Assembly (NCBI GenBank): GCA_034933245.1
Contig: JAYFNX010000016.1
Location: forward strand, 4,005 to 68,004
Source: Candidatus Pelethousia sp.
GTDB lineage: Bacteria; Bacillota; Clostridia; Christensenellales; CAG-138
DNA length: 64,000 nucleotides
Direction: 5' to 3'
A program made the translations under genes and the position numbers. Under the pieces are notes generated by a model. The model ran no database searches. It worked only from the letters and a program-made list of their open reading frames with translations, and was not told where the DNA came from. Below, piece by piece: positions 28,620-37,538 of this stretch; position 1 is the stretch's first letter, and every line of letters starts with the position of its first letter.

Positions 28620-30086
28620 TTAGATGGAAAGATCCTCGACATATAGCGTCGTCACGCCGGCGGGAGTAGCCTTGGGGGCTGCCGCCGGAGCTGGCGTAGG
28701 CTTGGAAGCGGGAACGGGAGCAGCGGCAGGCGCTTTGCCTTCCTTAGCAGCCTTGCGGGCTTCGAAGAACTTCATGGCCACCTGCGGGAAGAGAGCGTAG
28801 CTGAGCACATCCTCATCCTGCTCCATGTAATCCTTGATTTCCTCCCGGTATTTATCCAGCTCGGGCGGCAGCAGATCGGCAGGGCGGCAGGTAATAGGCT
28901 CTTTATCGCCAATAGCAAGTTTGCGAACTTCTTCGTTCACCTTGCCGGGCAGAGAGCCATATTCGCCGGCCAGCAACGCCTTGGACTCCTTGGTAAAGGT
29001 CTTATAACGGCCCATGAGCACATTGAATACGGCCTGGGTACCGACGATTTGGCTGGTGGGCGTGACCAGGGGCGGATAGCCAAAATCCTTGCGGACAACG
29101 GGGATCTCCGCCAGCACGTCGTAATACTTATCCTCTTTCTTCGCTTCCTTAAGCTGGGAGATCAGGTTGCTGAGCATGCCGCCGGGCACCTGATAGATGA
29201 GGGTGTTCGTATCCACGCTGAGTACCTTGGGATCCAAGGAACCCTGCTTTTTAAGCTTCTCCGCCACTGTGCGGAAATGCTTGGCAGCAGCAGCCAGCTT
29301 AGCAAGATCCATGCCGGTATCATACTCCGTGCCCTTCAGGGTAGCCACCAACGACTCGGTGGCGGGCTGGGCGGTGCCGTTTGCCATAGGAGAAAGGGCA
29401 CAGTCGACAATATCCACACCGGCCTGCACGGCCATGAGGTAAGTCATATCGCCCGTGCCGGTGGTATTATGGGTATGCAGGTGGATAGGCACATTCACTT
29501 CGCTCTTAAGCCGCTTTACGAGAGAATACGCGTCATAGGGCAGGAGCAGGTTCGCCATATCCTTGATGCAGATGTTGTCCGCGCCCATCTGAACCAGTTC
29601 TTTTGCAAGCTTTACGAAATAGTCCTCGTTATGCACGGGGCTGATGGTATAGCTGATGGCGGGTTCGCAGATGCCACCATACTTTTTCGTGAACTTAATG
29701 GCCGCTTCCAAATTGCGGATATCGTTTAGCGCATCGAAAATACGGATTACATCGATGCCGTTTTCAATGGCTTTGCGGCAGAACTGCTCCACCACATCAT
29801 CTGCATAATGCTTGTAGCCCAAAATATTCTGGCCACGGAAGAGCATTTGCAGCTTGGTGTTGGGAATCGCCTTGCGCAGCTTGCGGAGGCGCTCCCAAGG
29901 GTCTTCATTGAGGAAGCGGAGACAGCTGTCAAAGGTAGCGCCGCCCCAGCATTCCAAGGAATAATAGCCGATGCTGTCCAGAATTTCACAGGCGGGGAGC
30001 ATGTCCTCCACCCGCATACGGGTGGCCGCCTGGGACTGGTGCGCATCGCGCAGGATAGTGTCTGTGATCATTACTTTATGTGCCAT
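28620..30086 (-). CDS. Oxaloacetate decarboxylase alpha / pyruvate carboxyltransferase (5S-type) subunit, without a biotinyl domain
   Basis: HMGL-like TIM barrel (ITDTILRDAHQS, HLHTHNTTG). Ala/Pro-rich C-terminal linker with no biotin-attachment motif. Confidence 0.85.
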   Translation of the reverse strand: MAHKVMITDTILRDAHQSQAATRMRVEDMLPACEILDSIGYYSLECWGGATFDSCLRFLNEDPWERLRKLRKAIPNTKLQMLFRGQNILGYKHYADDVVEQFCRKAIENGIDVIRIFDALNDIRNLEAAIKFTKKYGGICEPAISYTISPVHNEDYFVKLAKELVQMGADNICIKDMANLLLPYDAYSLVKRLKSEVNVPIHLHTHNTTGTGDMTYLMAVQAGVDIVDCALSPMANGTAQPATESLVATLKGTEYDTGMDLAKLAAAAKHFRTVAEKLKKQGSLDPKVLSVDTNTLIYQVPGGMLSNLISQLKEAKKEDKYYDVLAEIPVVRKDFGYPPLVTPTSQIVGTQAVFNVLMGRYKTFTKESKALLAGEYGSLPGKVNEEVRKLAIGDKEPITCRPADLLPPELDKYREEIKDYMEQDEDVLSYALFPQVAMKFFEARKAAKEGKAPAAAPVPASKPTPAPAAAPKATPAGVTTLYVEDLSI

Positions 30087-30125
30087 TCAATAAACCTCCT
30101 AATAGACGGTAGAGGGGCACTGGCA

Positions 30126-31322
30126 TTAGCCAAACAGCGCAAGGAATACGCCTGCAGCGATGGCGCTGCCGATAACGCCGGCCACATTGGGGCCCATGGC
30201 ATGCATGAGCAGGAAGTTCTTGGGGTTCTCCTTCTGGCCGACTACCTGGGAAACCCGGGCAGCCATGGGCACAGCGGACACACCTGCCGAACCGATGAGA
30301 GGATTGATTTTGCCGCCGGAAAGCACGTTCATCAGCTTACCCAGCAGCACGCCGCCGGCGGTGCCGCAGGCAAAGGCCAATACGCCCATGAGGAATATGC
30401 CCAGGGTACGGCCATTGAGGAATGCGCTCGCCGTAGCGGTGGCGCCAACGGATACGCCTAAGAAAATTGTAACAATGTTAATCAGCTCATTTTGGGCTGT
30501 TTTGCTCAGCCGGTCCACCACGCCGCATTCGCGGAACAGGTTGCCAAGCATCAGCAAGCCAACAAGAGGCGCAGCCGAGGGCAAAAGCAGGGAAACAAAG
30601 ATGGTTACCACAATGGGGAACACGATCTTTTCCGTCTTGGATACGGGACGGAGCTGTTCCATCACGATCATGCGCTCCTGTTTGGTGGTAAGAAGCTTCA
30701 TGATGGGAGGCTGGATTACCGGCACCAAAGCCATGTAGCTATAGGCTGCCACGGCGATGGGACCCAAAAGCACGGGTGCCAACTGGGATGTGAGATAAAT
30801 GGCGGTTGGACCATCCGCGCCGCCGATAATGCCGATGGAGGCAGCTTCCTCATAGGTGAAGCTGACGCCCGGAACAATACCGGAAATCCCCAGCGCGCCC
30901 AGGAAAGCTACAAAGATGCCCAGCTGGGCGGCAGCGCCCAGAAGTAAGCTTTTGGGGTTGGCAATCAACGGACCGAAATCCGTCATGGCCCCTACGCCCA
31001 TGAAAATCAGCGAAGGGTATATGCCAAGTTTCACGCCCAGGTAAAGGTAATCGATCAGGCCGGCATCGTGGCTGAACAGGGCCCAATCCACATGCCCGCC
31101 TTCATAAAGGTAAGCGTGATACATGTTCGACCCCGGCAAATTGGTTAGCAGCATGCCGAAAGCGATGGGGATGAGCAGCAAAGGTTCGTATTTTTTCACA
31201 ATGGCCAAATACAGCAACAGGCATGAAATGGCAATCATGATCAGAACCTTGGGATCTGCCGCCAACTGGGCAAAGCCCGTGGACAGGAGAAACTCCTTAA
31301 TTGGTTCTAAATAATTCTGCAT
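30126..31322 (-). CDS. Na+-translocating decarboxylase beta subunit (OadB/GcdB/MmdB family)
   Basis: 398-aa polytopic membrane protein of the OadB family, positioned between the biotin carrier and the alpha subunit. Confidence 0.88.
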   Translation of the reverse strand: MQNYLEPIKEFLLSTGFAQLAADPKVLIMIAISCLLLYLAIVKKYEPLLLIPIAFGMLLTNLPGSNMYHAYLYEGGHVDWALFSHDAGLIDYLYLGVKLGIYPSLIFMGVGAMTDFGPLIANPKSLLLGAAAQLGIFVAFLGALGISGIVPGVSFTYEEAASIGIIGGADGPTAIYLTSQLAPVLLGPIAVAAYSYMALVPVIQPPIMKLLTTKQERMIVMEQLRPVSKTEKIVFPIVVTIFVSLLLPSAAPLVGLLMLGNLFRECGVVDRLSKTAQNELINIVTIFLGVSVGATATASAFLNGRTLGIFLMGVLAFACGTAGGVLLGKLMNVLSGGKINPLIGSAGVSAVPMAARVSQVVGQKENPKNFLLMHAMGPNVAGVIGSAIAAGVFLALFG

Positions 31323-31452
31323 GTGGAACTCCTTAGGTCAGTTTGCGCGGCCGCTATAGGGGCGGCCTGCGGGGGCTCCGCGCCGATGGTCGGGCGGCGG
31401 GAGGCGTTTTGCGGCGCACCGGCATTCGTTCCGGGGAAGCCGTCGCAAAGCC

Positions 31453-31809
31453 TTAGGCCAAAACTACCAGCACGTCACCGGAGTTAACCGTAGCGCCTTT
31501 TGCAATGTTAACGGCCACTACTTTTCCATCGCGGGGCGCCATAATCTCATTTTCCATTTTCATTGCTTCCAAAACTGCCAGCACATCGCCGCTCTTTACA
31601 ACATCGCCCACCTGCACGCGCACATCCATGATGTTGCCGGGCAAGGGGCTTTCCACAGATTCTGGGCCTGCTGCGGCGGCAGCGGGGGCTGCTACGGGAG
31701 CGGCTGCGGGCGCGGCGACAGGGGCAGCTACAGGAGCTGCGCCAGCGGCGATTTCTTCGACTTCGACTTCGTAAGAAGAACCGTTAACATTGACGATGAA
31801 TTTACGCAT
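31453..31809 (-). CDS. Biotin carboxyl carrier subunit of the decarboxylase
   Basis: Ala/Pro linker followed by a biotinyl domain with EAMKMENEI. Confidence 0.85.
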   Translation of the reverse strand: MRKFIVNVNGSSYEVEVEEIAAGAAPVAAPVAAPAAAPVAAPAAAAAGPESVESPLPGNIMDVRVQVGDVVKSGDVLAVLEAMKMENEIMAPRDGKVVAVNIAKGATVNSGDVLVVLA

Positions 31810-31851
31810 GGGAAATCCTCCTGAATTTTTAAGTAAAGTATTTTTGGATAG

Positions 31852-32259
31852 TTAGATGTTTTTGATACTGTGGATACGCAGGCCCTGGGGCTCCGTGCCC
31901 ATAGCAGTAGCCAGCGCCACGGATACTGCGGCTACAAACTGCCCGCGATCGCCTGCCTGTCCAGCGGAAAGACGCCGGATGGATCGGATACGAAGACCAT
32001 GAGGTTCCGTTCCCATAGCAGTGGCGATGGCGGCGGCCGTGATGGCGGTGAACAGCTTGCGATCCGCTATGTTCAGCGCTGCTGGCGCGGCAACGGGTGC
32101 CGCAGCAGGCGCGCTCGCCTTTTGATGGGTAGTGGCTACCGTACTTTTCTTGGCTACGGCGGCGCTCATCAGTTTGGTTAACAAAATCAAAGAGACGAGC
32201 CCCACAAAAACAGTGGACATACCAAGAACAAGTACAAACCACGGACTGATATTCTGCAT
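31852..32259 (-). CDS. OadG-like gamma subunit (single N-terminal TM) with internal repeat
   Basis: N-terminal TM (ISPWFVLVLGMSTVFVGLVSLILL) typical of OadG. First gene of the operon. GGGAGG RBS. Confidence 0.7.
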   Translation of the reverse strand: MQNISPWFVLVLGMSTVFVGLVSLILLTKLMSAAVAKKSTVATTHQKASAPAAAPVAAPAALNIADRKLFTAITAAAIATAMGTEPHGLRIRSIRRLSAGQAGDRGQFVAAVSVALATAMGTEPQGLRIHSIKNI

Positions 32260-32370
32260 GGTAGATTTCCTCCCTTCTAAGTTTTTTTTAGAAAATGAAA
32301 CCAGGCATAAGATATACTTATTATAGGGTGTATTTATGCCGTTAATGGCCGCTACGACCCTATTATCTAT

Positions 32371-32399
32371 ATTTTACATAATACCGACATCATGTGCAA
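32371..32399 (-). promoter_or_regulatory. Candidate sigma-A promoter of the decarboxylase operon
   Basis: On the - strand, TTGCAC (32399-32394), 17-nt spacer, TAAAAT (32376-32371). Confidence 0.5.
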
Positions 32400-32442
32400 G
32401 GAGATTTGGCAATTTTGTCAATTATATTTTTTGTTAACCATT

Positions 32443-33186
32443 CTAATTCGTTATATCTGAATCAAAGGGGTTCGCTGAAATATGGGATAAAGCCGCAATT
32501 TCCTCCTCCGTGAGGGGTCTATGTGAGCCGCTGGCCAGCGAACCCAAGCGCAACGGTCCCAACGCCACCCGCCGCAACATAAGGGTTTCATGGCCAACGG
32601 CGGCCAGCATTCGGCGGACCTGTCGGTTTCGGCCTTCATGAATGGTAATATTAAAAGCGGTGTTTCCGTTTTGGAGATGGTGCAGCTCCTCCACCCGCGC
32701 CGGAAACGTGATACCGTCCTCCAGCATTACCCCCTGCTCCAACCTGCTTTTTTCTTCGGCGGACAGCGCACCGTTACAAATGGCGGAATAGGTTTTGTCA
32801 AACTTAAACTTTGGATGCGTCAGGCGGTAAGCCAGCTCACCATCGTTTGTCATAACCAAAAGGCCCTCGGAATCATAATCCAATCTACCCACGTTATACA
32901 CCCGGGCAGGCAGGTCTTTTACATAATGCATCACGGTAGGCCGTCCTTGGGGATCGGATGCGGTGCACATGACGCCCCGGGGCTTATTAAGCACCACGGT
33001 GATGCGCGTTTCCTCCGGATGAACGGCATGCCCATCCACCTCCACCACATCGAAAGGAGGATTCACGGAGCACCCCAACTGGGCCGGTTGTCCATTTAGC
33101 CGCACACGCCCCCCCAGGATCATCTCTTCGCATTTGCGTCTGGAAGCAATCCCTGCGTCCGCCATGAATTTTTGAAGTCTCACCAA
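32443..33186 (-). CDS. rluB: Pseudouridine synthase, RsuA/RluB family
   Basis: S4 domain (RLQKFMADAGIASRR) and catalytic GRLDYDSEGL. TTG/GTG start region is preceded by GGGGAGG. Confidence 0.85.
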   Translation of the reverse strand: MVRLQKFMADAGIASRRKCEEMILGGRVRLNGQPAQLGCSVNPPFDVVEVDGHAVHPEETRITVVLNKPRGVMCTASDPQGRPTVMHYVKDLPARVYNVGRLDYDSEGLLVMTNDGELAYRLTHPKFKFDKTYSAICNGALSAEEKSRLEQGVMLEDGITFPARVEELHHLQNGNTAFNITIHEGRNRQVRRMLAAVGHETLMLRRVALGPLRLGSLASGSHRPLTEEEIAALSHISANPFDSDITN

Positions 33187-33213
33187 TCGGCAGACCTCCC
33201 CGCTTTATTATTC

Positions 33214-34344
33214 TCATGCAAGGAAGCGGGCCAGTTTTTCAATATAGAAGCGCACGGTAGCCTCGTCTATATCTTCCTCCGCCACCAGATCAAACCGGGT
33301 ACGCAATGCGCCGTTTTCTTCCAAAACTTCCACATAGCCGCAGGTTTCCCCCTGGTGAACGGGCGCCGCAAGGGAATCCGGCAGGATGACCCTGGTACGG
33401 TACTGGCTGCTTTCGTTTTTTTCCACAGGTACCATTATATCCTCTGCGGCGCAAAGTGCCAATCTATTTTTCATTCCGCCGTCCACAAAGATGCTGGCTA
33501 CCCTATCTCCCCCGGATACCATAGGAACCATTTCATAATGATTCATGCCATAGTCCAGCAAGGTTTCCGCCTCTTTAAACATATCCGGGCAATCCAGAAC
33601 AACGCCCACCAACTGCATACCATCCCGTTCGGCAGCAAAAACGAGGCAGCGGCCGGCGGCTTTTGTATAGCCTGTTTTCACGCCGTTCCCTCCCGCATAG
33701 TTCCAGAGGATTTTATTTTTATTTTTAAATGTGCGCACGACAGCCCCGGTTTCCGCACGGTAATATTGGGTGGATACAATTTCGCGAAACGTTTCATTTT
33801 GCATGGCCGCGGCGGCAATCAGCGTCAGATCATAGGCGGTGGTATAGTGGTCCGCATTGGGCAAGCCGTTCGGGGTGACAAAGTTTGTATTCACGGCGCC
33901 CAACTGCCGGGCCTTAGCGTTCATCATAGCGGCAAACTGTTTAATCCCATGGCCGATATGGACTGCAATGGCAACGGCAGCATCATTGCCGGAGGCCAGC
34001 ATAAGGCCATAAACCAGATCACGCAAGCTGATGGTCTCTTCCATTTGCAGGTAAATGCTGGAACCCTCTACGCCATAGGCCGTGGCATCCGTGGTTACCA
34101 TTTCGTCCAGGTTTCCTATCTCTATGGCCAAAAGCGCCGTCATCACCTTCGTGGTGCTGGCCATAGGAAGCTTCTGCTGCGCATTCCTTTCATAGAGAAC
34201 TTTTCCTGTGGTGGCCTCCATCAACAAGGCCGCCCGGGCACTGGTCTCGGGCGGCTGGGAGAGCGCTTGCACAGGATATGCAACAAGCAGGAACAGCAAA
34301 GCTAAAAGGGCCGCAAGGCAGCCTCTTATAAGCCGCATGGTCAT
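33214..34344 (-). CDS. dacB: D-alanyl-D-alanine carboxypeptidase (PBP5/DacB-type, peptidase S11)
   Basis: Signal peptide and intact SxxK (STTK), SxN (SGN) and KTG motifs. Position next to scpB/ytfIJ matches sporulation dacB synteny. Confidence 0.85.
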   Translation of the reverse strand: MTMRLIRGCLAALLALLFLLVAYPVQALSQPPETSARAALLMEATTGKVLYERNAQQKLPMASTTKVMTALLAIEIGNLDEMVTTDATAYGVEGSSIYLQMEETISLRDLVYGLMLASGNDAAVAIAVHIGHGIKQFAAMMNAKARQLGAVNTNFVTPNGLPNADHYTTAYDLTLIAAAAMQNETFREIVSTQYYRAETGAVVRTFKNKNKILWNYAGGNGVKTGYTKAAGRCLVFAAERDGMQLVGVVLDCPDMFKEAETLLDYGMNHYEMVPMVSGGDRVASIFVDGGMKNRLALCAAEDIMVPVEKNESSQYRTRVILPDSLAAPVHQGETCGYVEVLEENGALRTRFDLVAEEDIDEATVRFYIEKLARFLA

Positions 34345-34793
34345 CGGCCTTCTCCGTCTTCATTTTCTTTGGTGCGGAAACCCCGGATTGCCTGTTCCAG
34401 TGTCGTGATGGATTCAGGAAGAAGCTCAATGGCACGATCCAGCGTACCCTGGCAGGAAGCGGGCAAAACCTTTACATTTCCGCCGTTTACGGAAAGAAAA
34501 GCGAGGGGGGTAAGGGTCATCCCCGCAACGGAAGCCCCGGCAAAAGGATAGCAGCCGTCCTGTTCGCCGGATAGTTCCTCTCCGCTGCGCGCAATGCGGG
34601 ATTTACTTTCCTTCTTTTCCTCTTGACCATATTCCCCGCCGCCGGAAAAGAAGCCCATGCTTACTTTTGAGACGGGAAGAATCATGGTCTCGCCCGTGGT
34701 GAGAATGGGGGTGCCGACGATGGTGTTCACATCTACCATTTCCTTAAGCTGTTCCATCGTGGTTTTCATGATGTTTTCAATGGGGTGTGCCAT
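34341..34793 (-). CDS. ytfJ: Sporulation protein YtfJ (GerW family)
   Basis: IENIMKTTMEQLKEMVDVNTIVGTPI..ILPVSKVSMGFFSGGGEYG matches the YtfJ/GerW pattern. Confidence 0.85.
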   Translation of the reverse strand: MAHPIENIMKTTMEQLKEMVDVNTIVGTPILTTGETMILPVSKVSMGFFSGGGEYGQEEKKESKSRIARSGEELSGEQDGCYPFAGASVAGMTLTPLAFLSVNGGNVKVLPASCQGTLDRAIELLPESITTLEQAIRGFRTKENEDGEGR

Positions 34794-35332
34794 AGCTTTT
34801 TACCTCGCGTGCCGCGTATTTGATGCCGGATAGCAACACCTATAATCTGCCATATCCGCAAGGTAACTATGCCTTCCAGATTCAGGCAAAAACACCGAAC
34901 GCCGCATACCGGCACCACGCGAACCTGGAGCGAAACGGGCGTGAGCAGGAACCTTGCAAGGCAGTCCAAAGTAATGGATGTGGCGCCAGCCCAACAGATT
35001 GCAGCACAGGCATCTTCCGCGTTGCCCACCACGCCCCTGATTCGCAGCTCGTCTGCCCGAAGCCAGATATCATGCTGCAGAATGAACTCCCGGAAGAAGA
35101 GACTTTTCTTTCTCCCCCTTTTTTTGTCCAAATCCCTAATTTTGCCGCCTGCGTAGAGCCGCAAAGGAAAATAGGAAACGCACCCTTGGATGCGGAAACG
35201 CACAAGGCGGAAAAAAGCCTGCACCTGAACCGAGAGCATTGCACGCTCCCGTTCCACCGTGAGGCAATAGTGCAACCGTATATTGCTCAGTAGGCCGCAT
35301 AGAATTGCCGCCGCTACAATCAAAAAGGCCAT
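34766..35332 (-). CDS. ytfI: YtfI-like sporulation membrane protein (DUF2953-like)
   Basis: N-terminal TM, position immediately upstream of ytfJ. ATG at 35332 is preceded by GGAGGG. Confidence 0.6.
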   Translation of the reverse strand: MAFLIVAAAILCGLLSNIRLHYCLTVERERAMLSVQVQAFFRLVRFRIQGCVSYFPLRLYAGGKIRDLDKKRGRKKSLFFREFILQHDIWLRADELRIRGVVGNAEDACAAICWAGATSITLDCLARFLLTPVSLQVRVVPVCGVRCFCLNLEGIVTLRIWQIIGVAIRHQIRGTRGKKLWHTPLKTS

Positions 35333-35409
35333 ATACCCTCCAGCATAAGGTATTGGCCTTAGTGTTTTCCAAAGTTGGATTTTTATGTCCCGCACATAAT
35401 TCGGAACGG

Positions 35410-36003
35410 TTATGCGCTTGCTCCAGAAGGGGAGATCGATAAAAATGCGGGTTTCTCCGTGCTATCTTCCGAAGAAAAGGTTTCATAACTTGGCAGTTCA
35501 GAGAGGGAATGCAAGCCAAACTGGCGCAAAAATGCATCCGTGGTACCGAAAAGTATGGGCTTCCCCACCGCGTCTTTACGGCCAACCTCCCGGATTAAAC
35601 CCAGCTTTTGAAGCTGGCTTACCGAATAGTCGCAGCGGACGCCTCGGATGGCCTCAATATCGTTTCGCGTCACGGGCTGCTTATATGCCACGATGGATAA
35701 GGTTTCCATCATGGCCTGGGAGAAGCTCTTAGACTGGGCAGGCTGTAACAGTTCCTCCACATAGCCCGCATAGCACCGGTTGGAAATCAACTGCACGGTG
35801 TCCGCCGTCCGATATAGCTGAATGCCCCTGTGTTGTTCCTTATATTGTGCTTCCATTTTGGTAAGGATGGCATGGAGCTCCAACTCCGTTACGCCTAGAA
35901 CCCGCTGCAGTGAGATAAAGTCCACCGCTTCTCCGGAAACGAATAAAATGCACTCGATGACACCGAATCGCTCTTGCTGATCTAAAAACTGTTTGCTCTC
36001 CAT
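35410..36003 (-). CDS. scpB: Segregation and condensation protein B
   Basis: Two wHTH repeats (IECILFVSGEAV, SIVAYKQPVTRNDIEAIRGV). ATG at 36003 chosen. An alternative start at 36030 overlaps scpA. Confidence 0.9.
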   Translation of the reverse strand: MESKQFLDQQERFGVIECILFVSGEAVDFISLQRVLGVTELELHAILTKMEAQYKEQHRGIQLYRTADTVQLISNRCYAGYVEELLQPAQSKSFSQAMMETLSIVAYKQPVTRNDIEAIRGVRCDYSVSQLQKLGLIREVGRKDAVGKPILFGTTDAFLRQFGLHSLSELPSYETFSSEDSTEKPAFLSISPSGASA

Positions 36004-36019
36004 GTTTCCGTCCGTTTCC

Positions 36020-36784
36020 TCATTGCTCATCCATATATTCAAAGTTCTCATCATCCAGAAGAATGTCACCGGGTAGGATTGCGATGGGTTCATACGGCCC
36101 GCTTTGCTTCAGGCGAACTTCCCCCCGGGTGAGCATGTCCAAAAGGGCCATGAACGTAACGATCATCTCAAGCTTGGACGTGCCGGACGCAAACAGATCC
36201 CGAAAATCGATTCGCTCCCTCCCCTGCAGAAGGGAACGAATCTTCACAAGCTGGGTGCGCACGGTATAAATGTCCGCCTGAACCTCATGGGAGCTGATGG
36301 CATGGGCACGCTCATCCTCCCGGCGGCTGAGCAGCTCCAGAAAAGCGGTTAGAAGGCCGGCAGGAGAGCTTTCTTCCCAAATGACCTCCTTGGGCGGTAA
36401 AAGAAATTCCTCCGGCAGCTTTGTAAACGCGCCCCTGGCCTCATGCAATAGATTTTCCAGATGGATGCTCGCTTCTTTCATGGCCTTATATTCTCGAAGC
36501 TGACGGATAAGAACCTCGGCCGGGTCTTCCTCCTCCCCTTCCTCTTTCGGAGGGCGGGGTAGCAGGGAGCGGGATTTGATATACACCAGCGTAGTGGCCA
36601 TGGTGAGGAACTCGCTGGCCATATCCATGTCCATCCCGTCCAGATGCGCCATGTATTCCAGATATTGGGCGGTAATTTCCGAGATAAAAATATCCTTAAT
36701 GTCTACCTCCGCCTGCTCAATCAGGTGCAAGAGCAAGTCCAGAGGACCTTCAAACTGCTTTAGATGAACTTCATAGGCAGCCAT
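36020..36784 (-). CDS. scpA: Segregation and condensation protein A (kleisin)
   Basis: FEGPLDLLLHLIEQAEVDIKDIFISEIT N-terminus. ATG at 36784 directly follows the upstream stop. Confidence 0.9.
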   Translation of the reverse strand: MAAYEVHLKQFEGPLDLLLHLIEQAEVDIKDIFISEITAQYLEYMAHLDGMDMDMASEFLTMATTLVYIKSRSLLPRPPKEEGEEEDPAEVLIRQLREYKAMKEASIHLENLLHEARGAFTKLPEEFLLPPKEVIWEESSPAGLLTAFLELLSRREDERAHAISSHEVQADIYTVRTQLVKIRSLLQGRERIDFRDLFASGTSKLEMIVTFMALLDMLTRGEVRLKQSGPYEPIAILPGDILLDDENFEYMDEQ

Positions 36785-36785
36785 A

Positions 36786-37463
36786 TCACGCGATGCCGAG
36801 CAGTTGGAAAATGCCCATATAAATGCTTTGCAGCACGTAAACGATGCCATTGACCAGAGGGCTCATAATCGTGCTGAGGACCCCGGAAAAAAGCAAAACA
36901 AGCAGGATAATATAGCCATATTGATTTAGGAAGGAAAAGAATCGGTACGCCCCGTTTCCCCGTAAAAACAGGCATTGGGCTACGTGATAGCCGTCCAAGG
37001 GTGGGATGGGCAGCAGATTGAACACGCAAAGCCCTACATTGAGGAAAAAGAACGTATAGAATAGATTTGCCCCCATTTCGTTCACACCGGTGGTGAATGC
37101 GAACAGGTAAAATACGCCCATGGAGACAAACGCCAAGATGAGGTTCGTCGTTACACCCGCAAGGGATACGATAAGCTCATCCTTACGGGGATTTTTAAAA
37201 TACCGGGTGCTGATGGGTACTGGCTTGGCCCAGCCAAAACGAAACAGCATCAAGGTAAGAAAGCCGACCGGGTCAATATGGGCAAATGGGTTAATGGTCA
37301 TGCGGCCCAAATTCCTGGCAGTAGGATCGCCCAGGCGATAGGCTGCATATGCATGGGCCCATTCATGAAATGAAAGGGCTACAAGAACCGCCGGAATCCG
37401 ATAAAGGAGCTCGGTCAGAAACTCCATGGGGTTGGAAAACAAACTCGAAATACCTGTTAACAA
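36786..37463 (-). CDS. Site-2 protease family (peptidase M50) membrane protein
   Basis: HEWAHAYAA zinc motif, multiple TMs, PIPPLDG. TTG start is preceded by GAGGTG. Confidence 0.8.
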   Translation of the reverse strand: MLTGISSLFSNPMEFLTELLYRIPAVLVALSFHEWAHAYAAYRLGDPTARNLGRMTINPFAHIDPVGFLTLMLFRFGWAKPVPISTRYFKNPRKDELIVSLAGVTTNLILAFVSMGVFYLFAFTTGVNEMGANLFYTFFFLNVGLCVFNLLPIPPLDGYHVAQCLFLRGNGAYRFFSFLNQYGYIILLVLLFSGVLSTIMSPLVNGIVYVLQSIYMGIFQLLGIA

Positions 37464-37538
37464 GCCTATAACACCTCATTTTAAGATGCGTTTATTATAA
37501 GCTATTTATGTCACCCTTTGCAAGTGCGGGTATGGGCC

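Noticed and set aside
31323-31452. A 23-codon Pro/Arg-rich ORF (ATGCCGGTGCGCCGC...), or stop-codon read-through of the biotin carrier, in the GC-rich spacer.
   Set aside because: There is no RBS, no recognisable peptide and no frame conservation argument. It is more simply treated as structured non-coding RNA.
33172-34305. A 377-aa + strand ORF, the longest unexplained ORF in the track.
   Set aside because: It lies entirely antisense to the well-supported dacB gene. It has low-complexity, His/Gly/Arg-rich composition, no RBS and no recognisable domain. It is a shadow ORF. The same reasoning applies to 29049-29729, 29808-30461, 21809-22462, 22841-23434, 40141-40764, 19280-20011 and similar antisense ORFs.
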